From a virus (taxonomy: Duplodnaviria; Caudoviricetes): 64,000 bases of DNA. A program made the translations under genes and the position numbers. This document shows positions 9,635 through 19,074 of this stretch, piece after piece; within the stretch, counting starts at the first letter, position 1, and every line of letters begins with the position of its first letter. The stretch lies in IMG/VR virus record IMGVR_UViG_3300012956_000023, positions 3,493 to 67,492 of that record. The stretch is one strand, 5' to 3'. The notes below the pieces were generated by a model that saw nothing but the letters and a program-made list of their open reading frames with translations, had not been told where the DNA came from and did no database searches.

Positions 9635-11684
9635 CTGATCCTTTCAATCGGTCCCACATAATAGGTTTCAATCTAGATGCTTCTTTTTCAAAGACATCTT
9701 TAGTAATACCCTCATATGGCATCTGATTATATGCACCTAGATCAGAATGAGGTAGAACACTTACACTCTTGATCTGAGATACAAATTGTGATAACATATG
9801 GTTGATCTGCTTATGCTCACCATTCTTGTTAAAGTATATAGTAGCAGAAACTGAATTATCTGCCCAATTACGTTGGAGCATAGCTAATAATGAAAATTGC
9901 TCCCATGCTGATACATTAGTAGCAGGACGTGCACCCTTAAACTGAATAGGTACTTCGAATACTACAGTATCATCAGACTCGGTATTGATATTGTATGATT
10001 CCTCACCATCCTTTGGAGATTTATTATACTTATCATATACCTTCATAGTCTCTGGATTAAACTCAGTATTACGTACGCCCTTAATATGAGGCTCACATCG
10101 ATATCCTGCATCTAACAATAATTCATATAGTGAATTCGTTTTTGATACAATAATACGACGTAAGGCATATTCAAATGCAGGGAAATGCATACCTGAAGTT
10201 ACTCCAGCTACTTGTGAAATAGACCCTGAGGGCTTTACCGTAGTCAACCTAACTGATGGAACTACTCCAGCCTCAGATGCTAATCTCTTATTCTCTGCTT
10301 CTACAATATCATATCCTTCTTTCATCCATCTAATACATGAATTGGTAGGGAAAGTATCTATCCATTGAGCAATACCTGAAATAGATACTCCAATACGACG
10401 ATTACGTGCTACTACCTCATTAGTCTGAGCGCTATGTGTCGGGTATAGAGATACTGTTGAACTATATAATGTAGCAGCCTTTAGTGCTGCGAAGAATGTA
10501 GCTTTATCCTTACATCGAGTAGGGAATACTTCTGATAGATTACATACTTCAAATGATTCTAATGGAATCTCCGCACACGGGTTAATACCAGTAGCGAGGT
10601 CTGGTTTTAGTCTATCTAACCTCGCATATTTCTGAATATTCTTCATATTCAGAATACCAGGTTCACCGTTATCAACAATTAAATTAGAGATACGATGCAA
10701 TTCATCAAAATGATCTTTGTGAGATAATCTTACAGAATTATTACTCATCCACCCGATATCTGCACGATCTGGAAATCTATTATAATTCTTCAGATTCATA
10801 AAGGTATCATCGAATACATCACCTAGTGCAATCTCTGCTGACCTACGGATATTGCCGGCTACTACACATGCACCAATAGCATTCTGAAAGTCAGCTACCA
10901 ATCGTGTAGAATCTATTACACCAGATTGATATTCTTCACAATATAGGGCAATACGTTCATGTAACTCTATTAGAGGAGCTGGTCCTGATGCAGTACCCCC
11001 AAATCCCTGAAGACGAGTACCTTGTTTACGAATTTTAGAATAGTCAAACTTGATAGAAGGAGAGGCAGGAGTAGTATATGATTTGAGAAGGAGACGAACT
11101 GATTCCACCCATCCTTCACGAGAATCAGGAACTACAAACTCAATCTTCTTTCGCTTACTAGGAGTATATAATTTCCATTGTTTGTTAGTGAGCCCGAATC
11201 CTACTCCGACTCCATTCATGCTCATATCCATAAGCCAGCAGGAATCTTCTACTAAGTCATTTACCTCAATAAAAGCACAATTATACAAGGAGGCAGACCC
11301 TCTCTCATACATATAATCAGAACCCATAGCCCATAGACCACGTCCTGGTGGTAACCAGTGCATCTTGAGCATTGAATCTGCCATATCATATGCTACTTGT
11401 TGGTTACTATATTCATTCCATCTCAGATGGTGCATTACGAACCACCATTTACGAATGGTCATCACTCCGTTGATCACACGGAGGACAGTATCTAACCATT
11501 GCTCTTGTTGGCCATTGGACATAATTCTGGAATATGTTCTGTAATATACCATCTGTCCAAATCCTGACTCAGGAAATCCAAATTGGAATCCGGTATTGGA
11601 TAACTTATGTACTGCATCTTTGTGCAGTTCAAATTTGATACCAGAATCTTTAATATTAAACGGTAAAGTGAAATGATCCGACAT
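9585..11684 (-). CDS. nrdJ: class II (B12-dependent) ribonucleotide reductase, monomeric RTPR type
   Basis: YNCAF, RRSAEIALG, NPCAE (thiyl Cys), CNLSE, TTVKPSG, C-terminal redox pair YCTNDTC. Confidence 0.93.
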   Translation of the reverse strand: MSDHFTLPFNIKDSGIKFELHKDAVHKLSNTGFQFGFPESGFGQMVYYRTYSRIMSNGQQEQWLDTVLRVINGVMTIRKWWFVMHHLRWNEYSNQQVAYDMADSMLKMHWLPPGRGLWAMGSDYMYERGSASLYNCAFIEVNDLVEDSCWLMDMSMNGVGVGFGLTNKQWKLYTPSKRKKIEFVVPDSREGWVESVRLLLKSYTTPASPSIKFDYSKIRKQGTRLQGFGGTASGPAPLIELHERIALYCEEYQSGVIDSTRLVADFQNAIGACVVAGNIRRSAEIALGDVFDDTFMNLKNYNRFPDRADIGWMSNNSVRLSHKDHFDELHRISNLIVDNGEPGILNMKNIQKYARLDRLKPDLATGINPCAEIPLESFEVCNLSEVFPTRCKDKATFFAALKAATLYSSTVSLYPTHSAQTNEVVARNRRIGVSISGIAQWIDTFPTNSCIRWMKEGYDIVEAENKRLASEAGVVPSVRLTTVKPSGSISQVAGVTSGMHFPAFEYALRRIIVSKTNSLYELLLDAGYRCEPHIKGVRNTEFNPETMKVYDKYNKSPKDGEESYNINTESDDTVVFEVPIQFKGARPATNVSAWEQFSLLAMLQRNWADNSVSATIYFNKNGEHKQINHMLSQFVSQIKSVSVLPHSDLGAYNQMPYEGITKDVFEKEASRLKPIMWDRLKGSDGIQEKYCTNDTCVLQ

Positions 11685-11698
11685 GATAATCCTTAATC

Positions 11699-11902
11699 TC
11701 AATTATACATACTAAGAAAGTATATATTATAAATAGCACACAATATTCCTATAGCACTCAATATTAGTACTATGACTCCCTGTATTCTTGTACGTTCTAT
11801 ATATTCATTTAATAGAGCTTTACCCATTAGAGCGAAGAGGAGAGATAGAATTAATAGGAGAAGTTGTGATACTATGGTAGTTAGTTGGAAGAATATATAC
11901 AT
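11699..11902 (-). CDS. small two-TM membrane protein
   Basis: two long hydrophobic segments. Confidence 0.6.
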   Translation of the reverse strand: MYIFFQLTTIVSQLLLLILSLLFALMGKALLNEYIERTRIQGVIVLILSAIGILCAIYNIYFLSMYN

Positions 11903-12540
11903 AGTATAACCTATTATGAACTAAACAATAAAGGGCCATGAAGATAATTCTCCATGGCCCCTTATCGTAAGAATATTCAAGGAAGGAATCTAAACTAGTC
12001 TACTATCATAGCTAAACTACAAATAGCGTACTACATAAGATACCCTTTCTTTATTAGAGGTTGATAATAAATTCACATGTTAAATAACACGTGCCAAAGG
12101 AGAACGTGTAGGAAGATGAAAACCCCTGGTTTTATTTCTCAAACAATCTGTAATTTTTCATAACCCTTAAATTAACCCTTAATAAGGTCGGTCTAGGAAA
12201 CTCATCCCTGGATATAGTCCAGTTTCATGATGATTTATCCTTTATAGACGTATTTTGTGCCCAAGGTCTCGCGAGACTATAGGACATGAAATTTACCATG
12301 TTTGAAGCCACACCGACATCTATATAAACCTATCTCTTCTCCCATCTATCTATAAGTCTCTGGGTAACGATATGTTATCCGGAATTTTCTATAGTCTACC
12401 CTTAAGTGAAGGGTAATTAATAGATAAATATAGATATCTATATTATAAGATAAATCAATCTAGATATAGATCAATTGATCTATAGATATCTTATTCTTAT
12501 AAGGGGAGTTAAGATTAAGATCAATTGAGGGGAAAAATCT
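11903..12540. other. non-coding strand-switch region with AT-rich palindromes
   Basis: no ORF >=60 aa; minus genes to the left, plus genes to the right; palindromes at 12427-12444 and 12465-12484. Confidence 0.75.
11923..11963 (-). terminator. intrinsic terminator
   Basis: minus strand GGGCCATGGAGA-ATTA-TCTTCATGGCCC followed by TTTATTGTTT. Confidence 0.65.
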
Positions 12541-12966
12541 GTGATAGATAATACTAATGTAAATAGATTACGGGCTGAAGAATGTAAGAAAATTTACGAT
12601 ATTCCATTTCAAGAAAAAGCTAGAAGATATACCCTAGAGAAGTTTGCTGAATTAGGAATCAAGTATCCTACTGGTCAAGAGACTATATTATGGTCTCACA
12701 TCAAGAATGGAAAGTTAGGGAAAAAGTTTCATCAACAATACATTATAGGAAACTATATAGTAGACTTCTTCGCTCTTGGTAAGAATTACAACATTATAAT
12801 TGAGATTGATGATACAAGTAAGTACTACCAGGAAAAAGAAGCTAAGAGAGATAAATTCCTTCAAAGTGAAGGGTTAGTACTTAGATTTACAAATTTAGAA
12901 GTTGAATGTCAAATTGATATGGTTCTTGATTATATCAGAGAAGCTATCATCAAATGTGATGCATGA
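12541..12966 (+). CDS. DUF559/Vsr-like endonuclease domain protein
   Basis: LWSHI...FHQQYIIGNYIVDF..IIEID..RDKFLQSEG..LRFTN. Confidence 0.8.
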   Translation: MIDNTNVNRLRAEECKKIYDIPFQEKARRYTLEKFAELGIKYPTGQETILWSHIKNGKLGKKFHQQYIIGNYIVDFFALGKNYNIIIEIDDTSKYYQEKEAKRDKFLQSEGLVLRFTNLEVECQIDMVLDYIREAIIKCDA

Positions 12967-12990
12967 GACATCTATAATTATGGAGATACT

Positions 12991-13161
12991 ATGTTAAAAA
13001 TTCATGGAATTGAAGATATCAGTGATATGCCTCAGACTATCTCAGAATCTGAGTTCAATCCCAGTCTACTGAAAGAGACTGTGTCTAAGAAACTGAATAC
13101 TGAAGTAACTGTTGAACGTAACGGAGATGAAGTATTAGTGAGACGATTACTGATAGATTAA
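12991..13161 (+). CDS. 56-aa hypothetical protein (not in ORF track)
   Basis: MLKIHGIEDISDMPQTISESEFNPSLLKE...; GGAG RBS and TATAAT upstream. Confidence 0.6.
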   Translation: MLKIHGIEDISDMPQTISESEFNPSLLKETVSKKLNTEVTVERNGDEVLVRRLLID

Positions 13162-13199
13162 GAAGAATATGTCCTGAATTTTACTTGGGAAATTTTACA

Positions 13200-13443
13200 A
13201 TGGCTAAATTGATTGTTGAAGATGAGCAAAAGATTAAATATAATGGATAATCTTGGATTTAAGAAATCTAACCAAGTATTAAACACTGACATTTATACTC
13301 ACCCTAGTGTTTCACATCAAGTTAGAGTTGTAGGTAATGATTGGACTGTTCATCATCCTTTGCTAGATGTAAGTACTAAAGGTTCTGGATACAGTTCTTT
13401 AGCTCAATATCTTATTAAATATAAGGATCATTCTCGTGGCTAA
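13200..13443 (+). pseudogene. MAKLI-family small protein split by a 1-nt frameshift
   Basis: MAKLIVEDEQ stops at 13250; the family domain (NLGFKK..YTHPS) is in the +1 frame; junction is an A4 run at 13228-13231. Confidence 0.7.
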
Positions 13444-13690
13444 ATTGATTCTAAATGAATCTCCTACAATTACTGAGGCGGAGACTATGTTCGGTACCTC
13501 AGCCAAGAAGTATGGGTACACTCGTAATAAGATTCGACCCTGGATCTTCAATCATCCGTCTGGACATCAATTAGTATCCAGATCTACCGGATACATGATC
13601 AAAGGTCCTCATGGTAAGATCGTAGCGTCATCGTTTAGTAATAAAACTATACATAAGCATCTCGGTAATATTCATAAGGATGATAAGTAA
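13436..13690 (+). CDS. MAKLI-family small basic protein (putative internal head protein)
   Basis: MAKLILNE leader; KKYGY..FNHPSG domain. Confidence 0.75.
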   Translation: MAKLILNESPTITEAETMFGTSAKKYGYTRNKIRPWIFNHPSGHQLVSRSTGYMIKGPHGKIVASSFSNKTIHKHLGNIHKDDK

Positions 13691-13741
13691 ATAATTCATA
13701 CTAACTTATTACTTTATTTAGCATAAAGGCAGAATTATACA

Positions 13742-13957
13742 ATGGATCAGATGGGACAATTAATCGAGTACTTTGGATATGAACCACGTTCACTAACTGA
13801 GTTCGGTCGTGGACTAGGTGAATTTCAGTTAGGAGCGAAGGGCTCTGATCACTGGAGATATCTATCTAACAAGAAGATAGTTAAAGAAGGTCTAGGTTAT
13901 GAGACTCTTCGTCGATTCTTGTCCATCGAACTCCCTCGTCTAAATAGAGCTAAATAG
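13742..13957 (+). CDS. small protein related to the MAKLI-family domain
   Basis: LIEYFGY...G..W.Y...GLGYETLRRFL. Confidence 0.6.
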   Translation: MDQMGQLIEYFGYEPRSLTEFGRGLGEFQLGAKGSDHWRYLSNKKIVKEGLGYETLRRFLSIELPRLNRAK

Positions 13958-13965
13958 GTGGAAGT

Positions 13966-14202
13966 ATGCCTAAATTAATTACAGGTACTAGTAATTATCA
14001 AACTGAAGATGTAAATCGTGAATTATTAGATCATGTAATGAAAGCACGTGATAGTCATGTAGCTATAATGGATGCGGTGAATAAATCTAAGGTTCATATC
14101 CCAGTGGAGCATCATGATGAGTTCAATCGTCACTTTATGGATATGATTAATTCCTTCGGTCGTATGAAGGATTTAATAAATAAGCATGTGACTAAAGGAT
14201 AG
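13966..14202 (+). CDS. MAKLI-family small His-rich protein
   Basis: MPKLIT leader. Confidence 0.7.
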   Translation: MPKLITGTSNYQTEDVNRELLDHVMKARDSHVAIMDAVNKSKVHIPVEHHDEFNRHFMDMINSFGRMKDLINKHVTKG

Positions 14203-14204
14203 TT

Positions 14205-14408
14205 ATGCCGAAGCTAATTATCGAAGATAAAGAATCTGCCTATAAACATATCCGTAGTAATCCTCCTGCATGGGTACCTCATCGCCATAAAGGTATTTGG
14301 AAATCGGTGGTGGATAAAGATAAGCATTATAGCTATGGAGCTGCAGTGAGTGCATTTAAGAAGCATATGAAAGTGAATCGAAATATTCATGCGGGATTTA
14401 ATTATTAG
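14205..14408 (+). CDS. MAKLI-family small protein
   Basis: MPKLIIE leader; body homologous to N-terminus of 53385..54812. Confidence 0.75.
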   Translation: MPKLIIEDKESAYKHIRSNPPAWVPHRHKGIWKSVVDKDKHYSYGAAVSAFKKHMKVNRNIHAGFNY

Positions 14409-14416
14409 GTAATACT

Positions 14417-14626
14417 ATGCATACTATGCGAGATGATATTGAGTTGGATCTTCTACGTCAGCCGTTCTCTGGACTCAGAATGAATGATAATGTAAAGCGT
14501 ATGTTAGTTGAGTTCGCTGAACATGAACTAAAATGGTCTCATGCGAAGGCAGTGAAAGCTGCAGGTCGTATCATCCGTGAGACTGAAGATAGTATGCCGA
14601 AACCTCGTAAACTACCAGGATTATAA
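14417..14626 (+). CDS. hypothetical protein
   Basis: 69-aa ORF, tight operon packing. Confidence 0.6.
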   Translation: MHTMRDDIELDLLRQPFSGLRMNDNVKRMLVEFAEHELKWSHAKAVKAAGRIIRETEDSMPKPRKLPGL

Positions 14627-14629
14627 ACT

Positions 14630-14824
14630 ATGCATGAATCAGAATTACATCCAGGCATGAGAGTATCTATCCTTGCTGATGCGAAGGATCTGACCTCAGA
14701 TATTTATATCACCCCTGGGTCGGTATTAGAAGTAGTTCGTTATCAACGTCCATCTACTACAATACTCAAATACTATGATACCTTCGTTACATTAGAATTA
14801 AAATATCTTCACCGAATAGAATGA
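14630..14824 (+). CDS. hypothetical SH3/KOW-like protein
   Basis: LHPGMRVSIL..PGSVLEVV. Confidence 0.5.
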   Translation: MHESELHPGMRVSILADAKDLTSDIYITPGSVLEVVRYQRPSTTILKYYDTFVTLELKYLHRIE

Positions 14825-14827
14825 TAA

Positions 14828-15286
14828 ATGGATCCTAATACGTCCAATGCGCCATATTCTGGCTTCGATCCACATGGTGCTCAGTTCAATCCTCAACCTG
14901 CTGTTCCTCAACAGACTGTCGCGACCGTTACTACACAAGTTGAAGTCCCTGCTACTGGATCTCCTAATCCAACTGTGGGAGGTACTGCTCCAAATAAAAG
15001 TGTACAAGATATGGTCACGAGTACCGTGCAGGACATGCTCATTCCTGAATTACCTGATAAGAACGACCCTATGTTTATACGCTTTTCTCGCTCGTCGGCG
15101 ATATATGTATTGGATGTGATCTTGTTAGTCAATTTTGCCATTGTTCCTATGGTCCAATTATGGAGACGCGAGCTCATCGCTATACCTATACTCCCAGAAC
15201 CATTCTACACCTTAGGTGAGATCTTCTTCGGATTGTATGTATCCGGTCGAGTTTACGAGAAGTATAAGGGAGTAGCTACTAAATGA
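14828..15286 (+). CDS. putative holin (3TM/GTA-holin-like)
   Basis: C-terminal TM segments with IVP..LPEPF.L...Y.SGR.YEK pattern. Confidence 0.6.
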   Translation: MDPNTSNAPYSGFDPHGAQFNPQPAVPQQTVATVTTQVEVPATGSPNPTVGGTAPNKSVQDMVTSTVQDMLIPELPDKNDPMFIRFSRSSAIYVLDVILLVNFAIVPMVQLWRRELIAIPILPEPFYTLGEIFFGLYVSGRVYEKYKGVATK

Positions 15287-15510
15287 TTACAATAGAAGAT
15301 ACCTTAAAGATCTCATATTACCTGACTTCTAAAGGATATCGGTATGTGAATAATGTGGATGGAATTTCAGTATACTTTCACACGAAGTATGGATTCATTA
15401 ATGTGAGTCCTGAGGGATCGTTAAGTGTGTATCTGTTAACTGAATTTCATGATCTCAAATCGTATCTGCAGTTAGTTAATTTATCGGAGCTCATTTGTAA
15501 AGGATCATAA
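15283..15510 (+). CDS. small protein with MAKLI-family-like domain
   Basis: LTSKGYRY..YFHTKYG..V. Confidence 0.55.
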   Translation: MITIEDTLKISYYLTSKGYRYVNNVDGISVYFHTKYGFINVSPEGSLSVYLLTEFHDLKSYLQLVNLSELICKGS

Positions 15511-16433
15511 TGAAACATTTATTCTTAGCATTATTACTATCCTTCAGTTTATCAAGTATAGTGAATGCTCAGACCTGGCCGAATGAACCGGCTGGCTCAA
15601 CCGTCATTGTTGATTGCAACATGAGCAGTCAATGCGGTCTGTCTGGCGGAGGCTGGTATGGAGGATCGGAAAACCTCCCTGGGATGATTTCCCCATCAAG
15701 TACTCAGAACTCGACAATGTTTGCTGGTGCCCCTTCTGGGGGCTCTCAGGTATATACGGGGCTTGGGGGCTCTTTTAGGGAGGTCTTTGTAGGGTGGATT
15801 TTGCGCACAAGCAACCCCTTTGAACCATTTGCGTGTTGCGCCAGTAAAATGTTTTTCATACGAGGCCCACAGACTAATGGCTTCTTTGGTGCAAGCATCG
15901 GCTCTTCATCCTCCACTCTTTATTTTGGGCATAACACTGGGGGAGGGTTAGATAACAGCCATATTTGTCCTGGCGGATTCGGCCTAGGGCCATGTGGCCA
16001 GAATGTATCAAGCCGCCCTATTATCCACGGCCAATATAGCAAGCTAGAAGTGTATATTAGAACAAGTACAACCTCGACATCCCGCGATGGGATTGTTAGG
16101 TGGTGGCTTGATGGCATCCTAGTAGGTAACTACACCACGTTTAATTACCCTGGTTTACTGAATGAATTTGTTTGGACGGAGACGATCAGCGGTAACGTTG
16201 GTACACTGCCGCATGATAAAACCTGGACCTTTGATCATTTACGAATCAGTATCCCCAACTGTCCATCTGGGGGGTGTGGTGGAGGTAATCCTCCACCGCC
16301 TCCTCCTCCTCCAACAGGACCGGTGGATAGTCCAGTAGGTGCTCCAACTCCTCCAGTTGGATTGGGTGTAACTAGAAATGGGTATTTAGGTTATGAAGAA
16401 TTTGCACAATTTAATGAATTAATAACGGAGTAA
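15510..16433 (+). CDS. secreted lectin/polysaccharide-lyase-like beta-sandwich protein
   Basis: Sec signal (VNA-Q); DGIVRWWLDG, FDHLRIS; poly-Pro tail. Confidence 0.6.
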   Translation: MKHLFLALLLSFSLSSIVNAQTWPNEPAGSTVIVDCNMSSQCGLSGGGWYGGSENLPGMISPSSTQNSTMFAGAPSGGSQVYTGLGGSFREVFVGWILRTSNPFEPFACCASKMFFIRGPQTNGFFGASIGSSSSTLYFGHNTGGGLDNSHICPGGFGLGPCGQNVSSRPIIHGQYSKLEVYIRTSTTSTSRDGIVRWWLDGILVGNYTTFNYPGLLNEFVWTETISGNVGTLPHDKTWTFDHLRISIPNCPSGGCGGGNPPPPPPPPTGPVDSPVGAPTPPVGLGVTRNGYLGYEEFAQFNELITE

Positions 16434-16436
16434 ACT

Positions 16437-16742
16437 ATGGGACGTAAAGCAAATCCAGTAACTAATGAAGCTCAGTCTGTAGATAATGCTAGTGAAACTG
16501 TAACTAATGAAACTGGAACTTCTCAGACTAATGTTACAGATCAGGAACAAGCTGCAGTAGAAGCAGCGGAGCTCGCTGCTAAGCAGAAGGATCTAGAAGC
16601 TGAGAAAGTGAGAGGATCTAAGAAGCATTCATTAGTAAAAGTATTCGCTGTGGATGGTGAGTTATTTGACACTGACGATAAACTGTCTAAGTTAAGTAAA
16701 GAACAGTTGGAAGAAGTGATTCAGTCTGGATATGTAAAATAA
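16437..16742 (+). CDS. acidic hypothetical protein
   Basis: 101-aa ORF. Confidence 0.6.
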   Translation: MGRKANPVTNEAQSVDNASETVTNETGTSQTNVTDQEQAAVEAAELAAKQKDLEAEKVRGSKKHSLVKVFAVDGELFDTDDKLSKLSKEQLEEVIQSGYVK

Positions 16743-16753
16743 AGGATTATCTG

Positions 16754-19066
16754 ATGAAACGTTCCTTAATTATCTTATGTGCGATCTTATTTATCTCGGT
16801 TAATTCATATGCCGCTGCTCCGTTACTTCATGTTTCATCAGATAACCCTCGTTACTTTGCAGATCCGTCTGGTAATATTGTTTATCTGCGTGGGCTAAAT
16901 ACTAATGATGGGTATGAGTTTCAGGATCATGCCTTCGGTGGTACGAGTTTATCAGACTTCAGTATTACTTTGAATATGTATGCTGCGAATAATCTCAACC
17001 TTATTCGTATGTGGGTTAGTGAGAATTCAGGTCCTGGTCCTAATACTCCAGCTCCATTACCATGGGCTCGTAGTACAGTATGTTGTGCAGCTGATGGTGG
17101 TGCTAAGTTTGATTTAACTCAATTTAATGTGGGAGATTTAGTTACTCCTCACGTAAACTCGTTATTCTACTTTGAGAGACTACGAGCACGTGCAATTGCA
17201 TCTGGTAATGCTAACATTTATATGGCAGTAATGTTATGGCATTCATTTGGATGGGAGAATGGAACTCAACGTTTAGCTGGTAATCAAGCTTGGCAGTATC
17301 ATCCACTAAACGCAGCTAATAACGTTCAGAATTTAAACTGTGATACTAATGGTAATGGTTGGGGCGATGACCTTGGAGTATTGAATAACTATTGTCAATA
17401 TATTCAAGATGCGTATGTTCGTCAAGTAATTGATTCTGTAAATGATCTTGATAACATTCTGTATGAGATCTGCAATGAGTGCTATGGTGGTGGTACATAT
17501 GTGAACAATTATCCGTGGCAGAATGCTATGGCTAATTTGATTAAAGATTATGAACTCACTAAACCTAAGCAACATCTTGTAGGTATCACTTCAGACCATT
17601 TGTACAATAATTCAGCAATGGCTACGTCAAATGCTCATTGGATGGGGTATGCTGGACTTGGTGAGTGGAATACTCCTAGTGTAGCTACAGGTCAGCGAGT
17701 ATCAATTCAAGATATTGATCATATTGCTCCTTGTGTAAATAATAATCTGTACTGGCCGTGGAAGTCGTTTACTAGAGGACATAATCCTCTGTATTTCTAT
17801 TGTGGACCATTTGGATCACCTACAAGTACTGAGCAGTCAATTATCACTCGTGTAGGTCAGACTGCTACCTATGCTAGTAAATTAAACCTGAAGACTGCGG
17901 TACCTATTACTTCATGTAGTACTGGGTTCTGTATAGGTTCTAACGGTCAATACTTAGCATATCTCCCTACAGGTGGAAATGTTAATTTAAATTTATCAGG
18001 ATCGAATCTTTATACAGTTGAATGGTTTAATCCTTCTACTAACGTAGTACAAACTGCAGTGAATGTATCTCCTGGCAGTCAATCGTTTACTACTCCATGG
18101 ATAAATACTGAGTCAGTGTTGTTAGTAAAGGATTCAGGAATTCCTGCTCCTGTTAATCCTCCAGTTACTTATAACTTTAATAACCAGTTCTCTGGAGTTC
18201 AAGGACAGAATCAGTGGTTCTATAAGAATTCCCTAGGTCAGAATTTAACTTATAATTCTGCAAGTCAATTATGGCAGACGTCTGATACTTATCTTGGTAT
18301 CTGGGTAAATGGAATTCATCCAGGTAATACTAACGGAGCTATGCTTGAATGGCAATCTCCTGGAGTAGGTAGTATCACTATTAATGGTTCATTCACTGAT
18401 TTTGATTCTGCATGTGGTGACGGAGTTTCAGTATCTATCTCTCATAATAATACTGTAATTCATTCAGCTACAGTTAATAACGGGTCCGTTACAGGTGGAG
18501 GTTATAGTCTTACTCGTAATGTAGTATTAGGGGATAAGATTGACTTCGTCGTTGCTAAACGATCTACAAATAGCTGTGATTCTACTTCATTGAATCCAGT
18601 GATTGTATTTACTTCAGGTTCTGCTCCACCTCTTTCTCCTACTATAGGATTGAGTCCTACTACTTTAGGATTTAATATTCAGGAGAATGGAGCTACCTTA
18701 GGTCAGAATGTATTATTGACTAATACTGTAGTTGGAAGTACTTTAGTCTGGGCGATATCTCATAATGCATCATGGTTATCAATTACTCCAATACAAGGTA
18801 CAAATAATACTACGTTTACAGTTACTGCTAATCCTGCTGGACTATCTTCAGGAACATATAATGCAGTAATTACTGTATCTGGAGAAGGTGCTACTAATAG
18901 TCCACAAACTATTAATGTAATGTTGACGATTACTGCAATTCCTCCTGCTACATTGACATTAAAACAAGTGTTACAAAATGCGATTGATCAATGTCAAGCG
19001 TTAGTTACATGTACAGGTAAAGACTTCTCTGATAAATTAGAACCGTTATTAAATCAAGTTCCGTAG
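16754..19066 (+). CDS. secreted glycoside-hydrolase-like TIM barrel with collagen-binding-like and BACON domains
   Basis: Sec signal (SYA-A); LIRMW, LYEICNE (clan GH-A-like acid/base), YLAYLP..VEWFNP, ASWLSITP..G (BACON). Confidence 0.65.
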   Translation: MKRSLIILCAILFISVNSYAAAPLLHVSSDNPRYFADPSGNIVYLRGLNTNDGYEFQDHAFGGTSLSDFSITLNMYAANNLNLIRMWVSENSGPGPNTPAPLPWARSTVCCAADGGAKFDLTQFNVGDLVTPHVNSLFYFERLRARAIASGNANIYMAVMLWHSFGWENGTQRLAGNQAWQYHPLNAANNVQNLNCDTNGNGWGDDLGVLNNYCQYIQDAYVRQVIDSVNDLDNILYEICNECYGGGTYVNNYPWQNAMANLIKDYELTKPKQHLVGITSDHLYNNSAMATSNAHWMGYAGLGEWNTPSVATGQRVSIQDIDHIAPCVNNNLYWPWKSFTRGHNPLYFYCGPFGSPTSTEQSIITRVGQTATYASKLNLKTAVPITSCSTGFCIGSNGQYLAYLPTGGNVNLNLSGSNLYTVEWFNPSTNVVQTAVNVSPGSQSFTTPWINTESVLLVKDSGIPAPVNPPVTYNFNNQFSGVQGQNQWFYKNSLGQNLTYNSASQLWQTSDTYLGIWVNGIHPGNTNGAMLEWQSPGVGSITINGSFTDFDSACGDGVSVSISHNNTVIHSATVNNGSVTGGGYSLTRNVVLGDKIDFVVAKRSTNSCDSTSLNPVIVFTSGSAPPLSPTIGLSPTTLGFNIQENGATLGQNVLLTNTVVGSTLVWAISHNASWLSITPIQGTNNTTFTVTANPAGLSSGTYNAVITVSGEGATNSPQTINVMLTITAIPPATLTLKQVLQNAIDQCQALVTCTGKDFSDKLEPLLNQVP

Positions 19067-19074
19067 AGGAAGAT

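Noticed and set aside
1874-11684. Inteins in helicase or RNR
   Set aside because: Lengths are normal, motifs are contiguous, and no C...HN/C splice motifs or LAGLIDADG blocks are seen
12210-12220. GGATATAGTCC resembling group I element S
   Set aside because: No P, Q or R elements upstream and no interrupted gene
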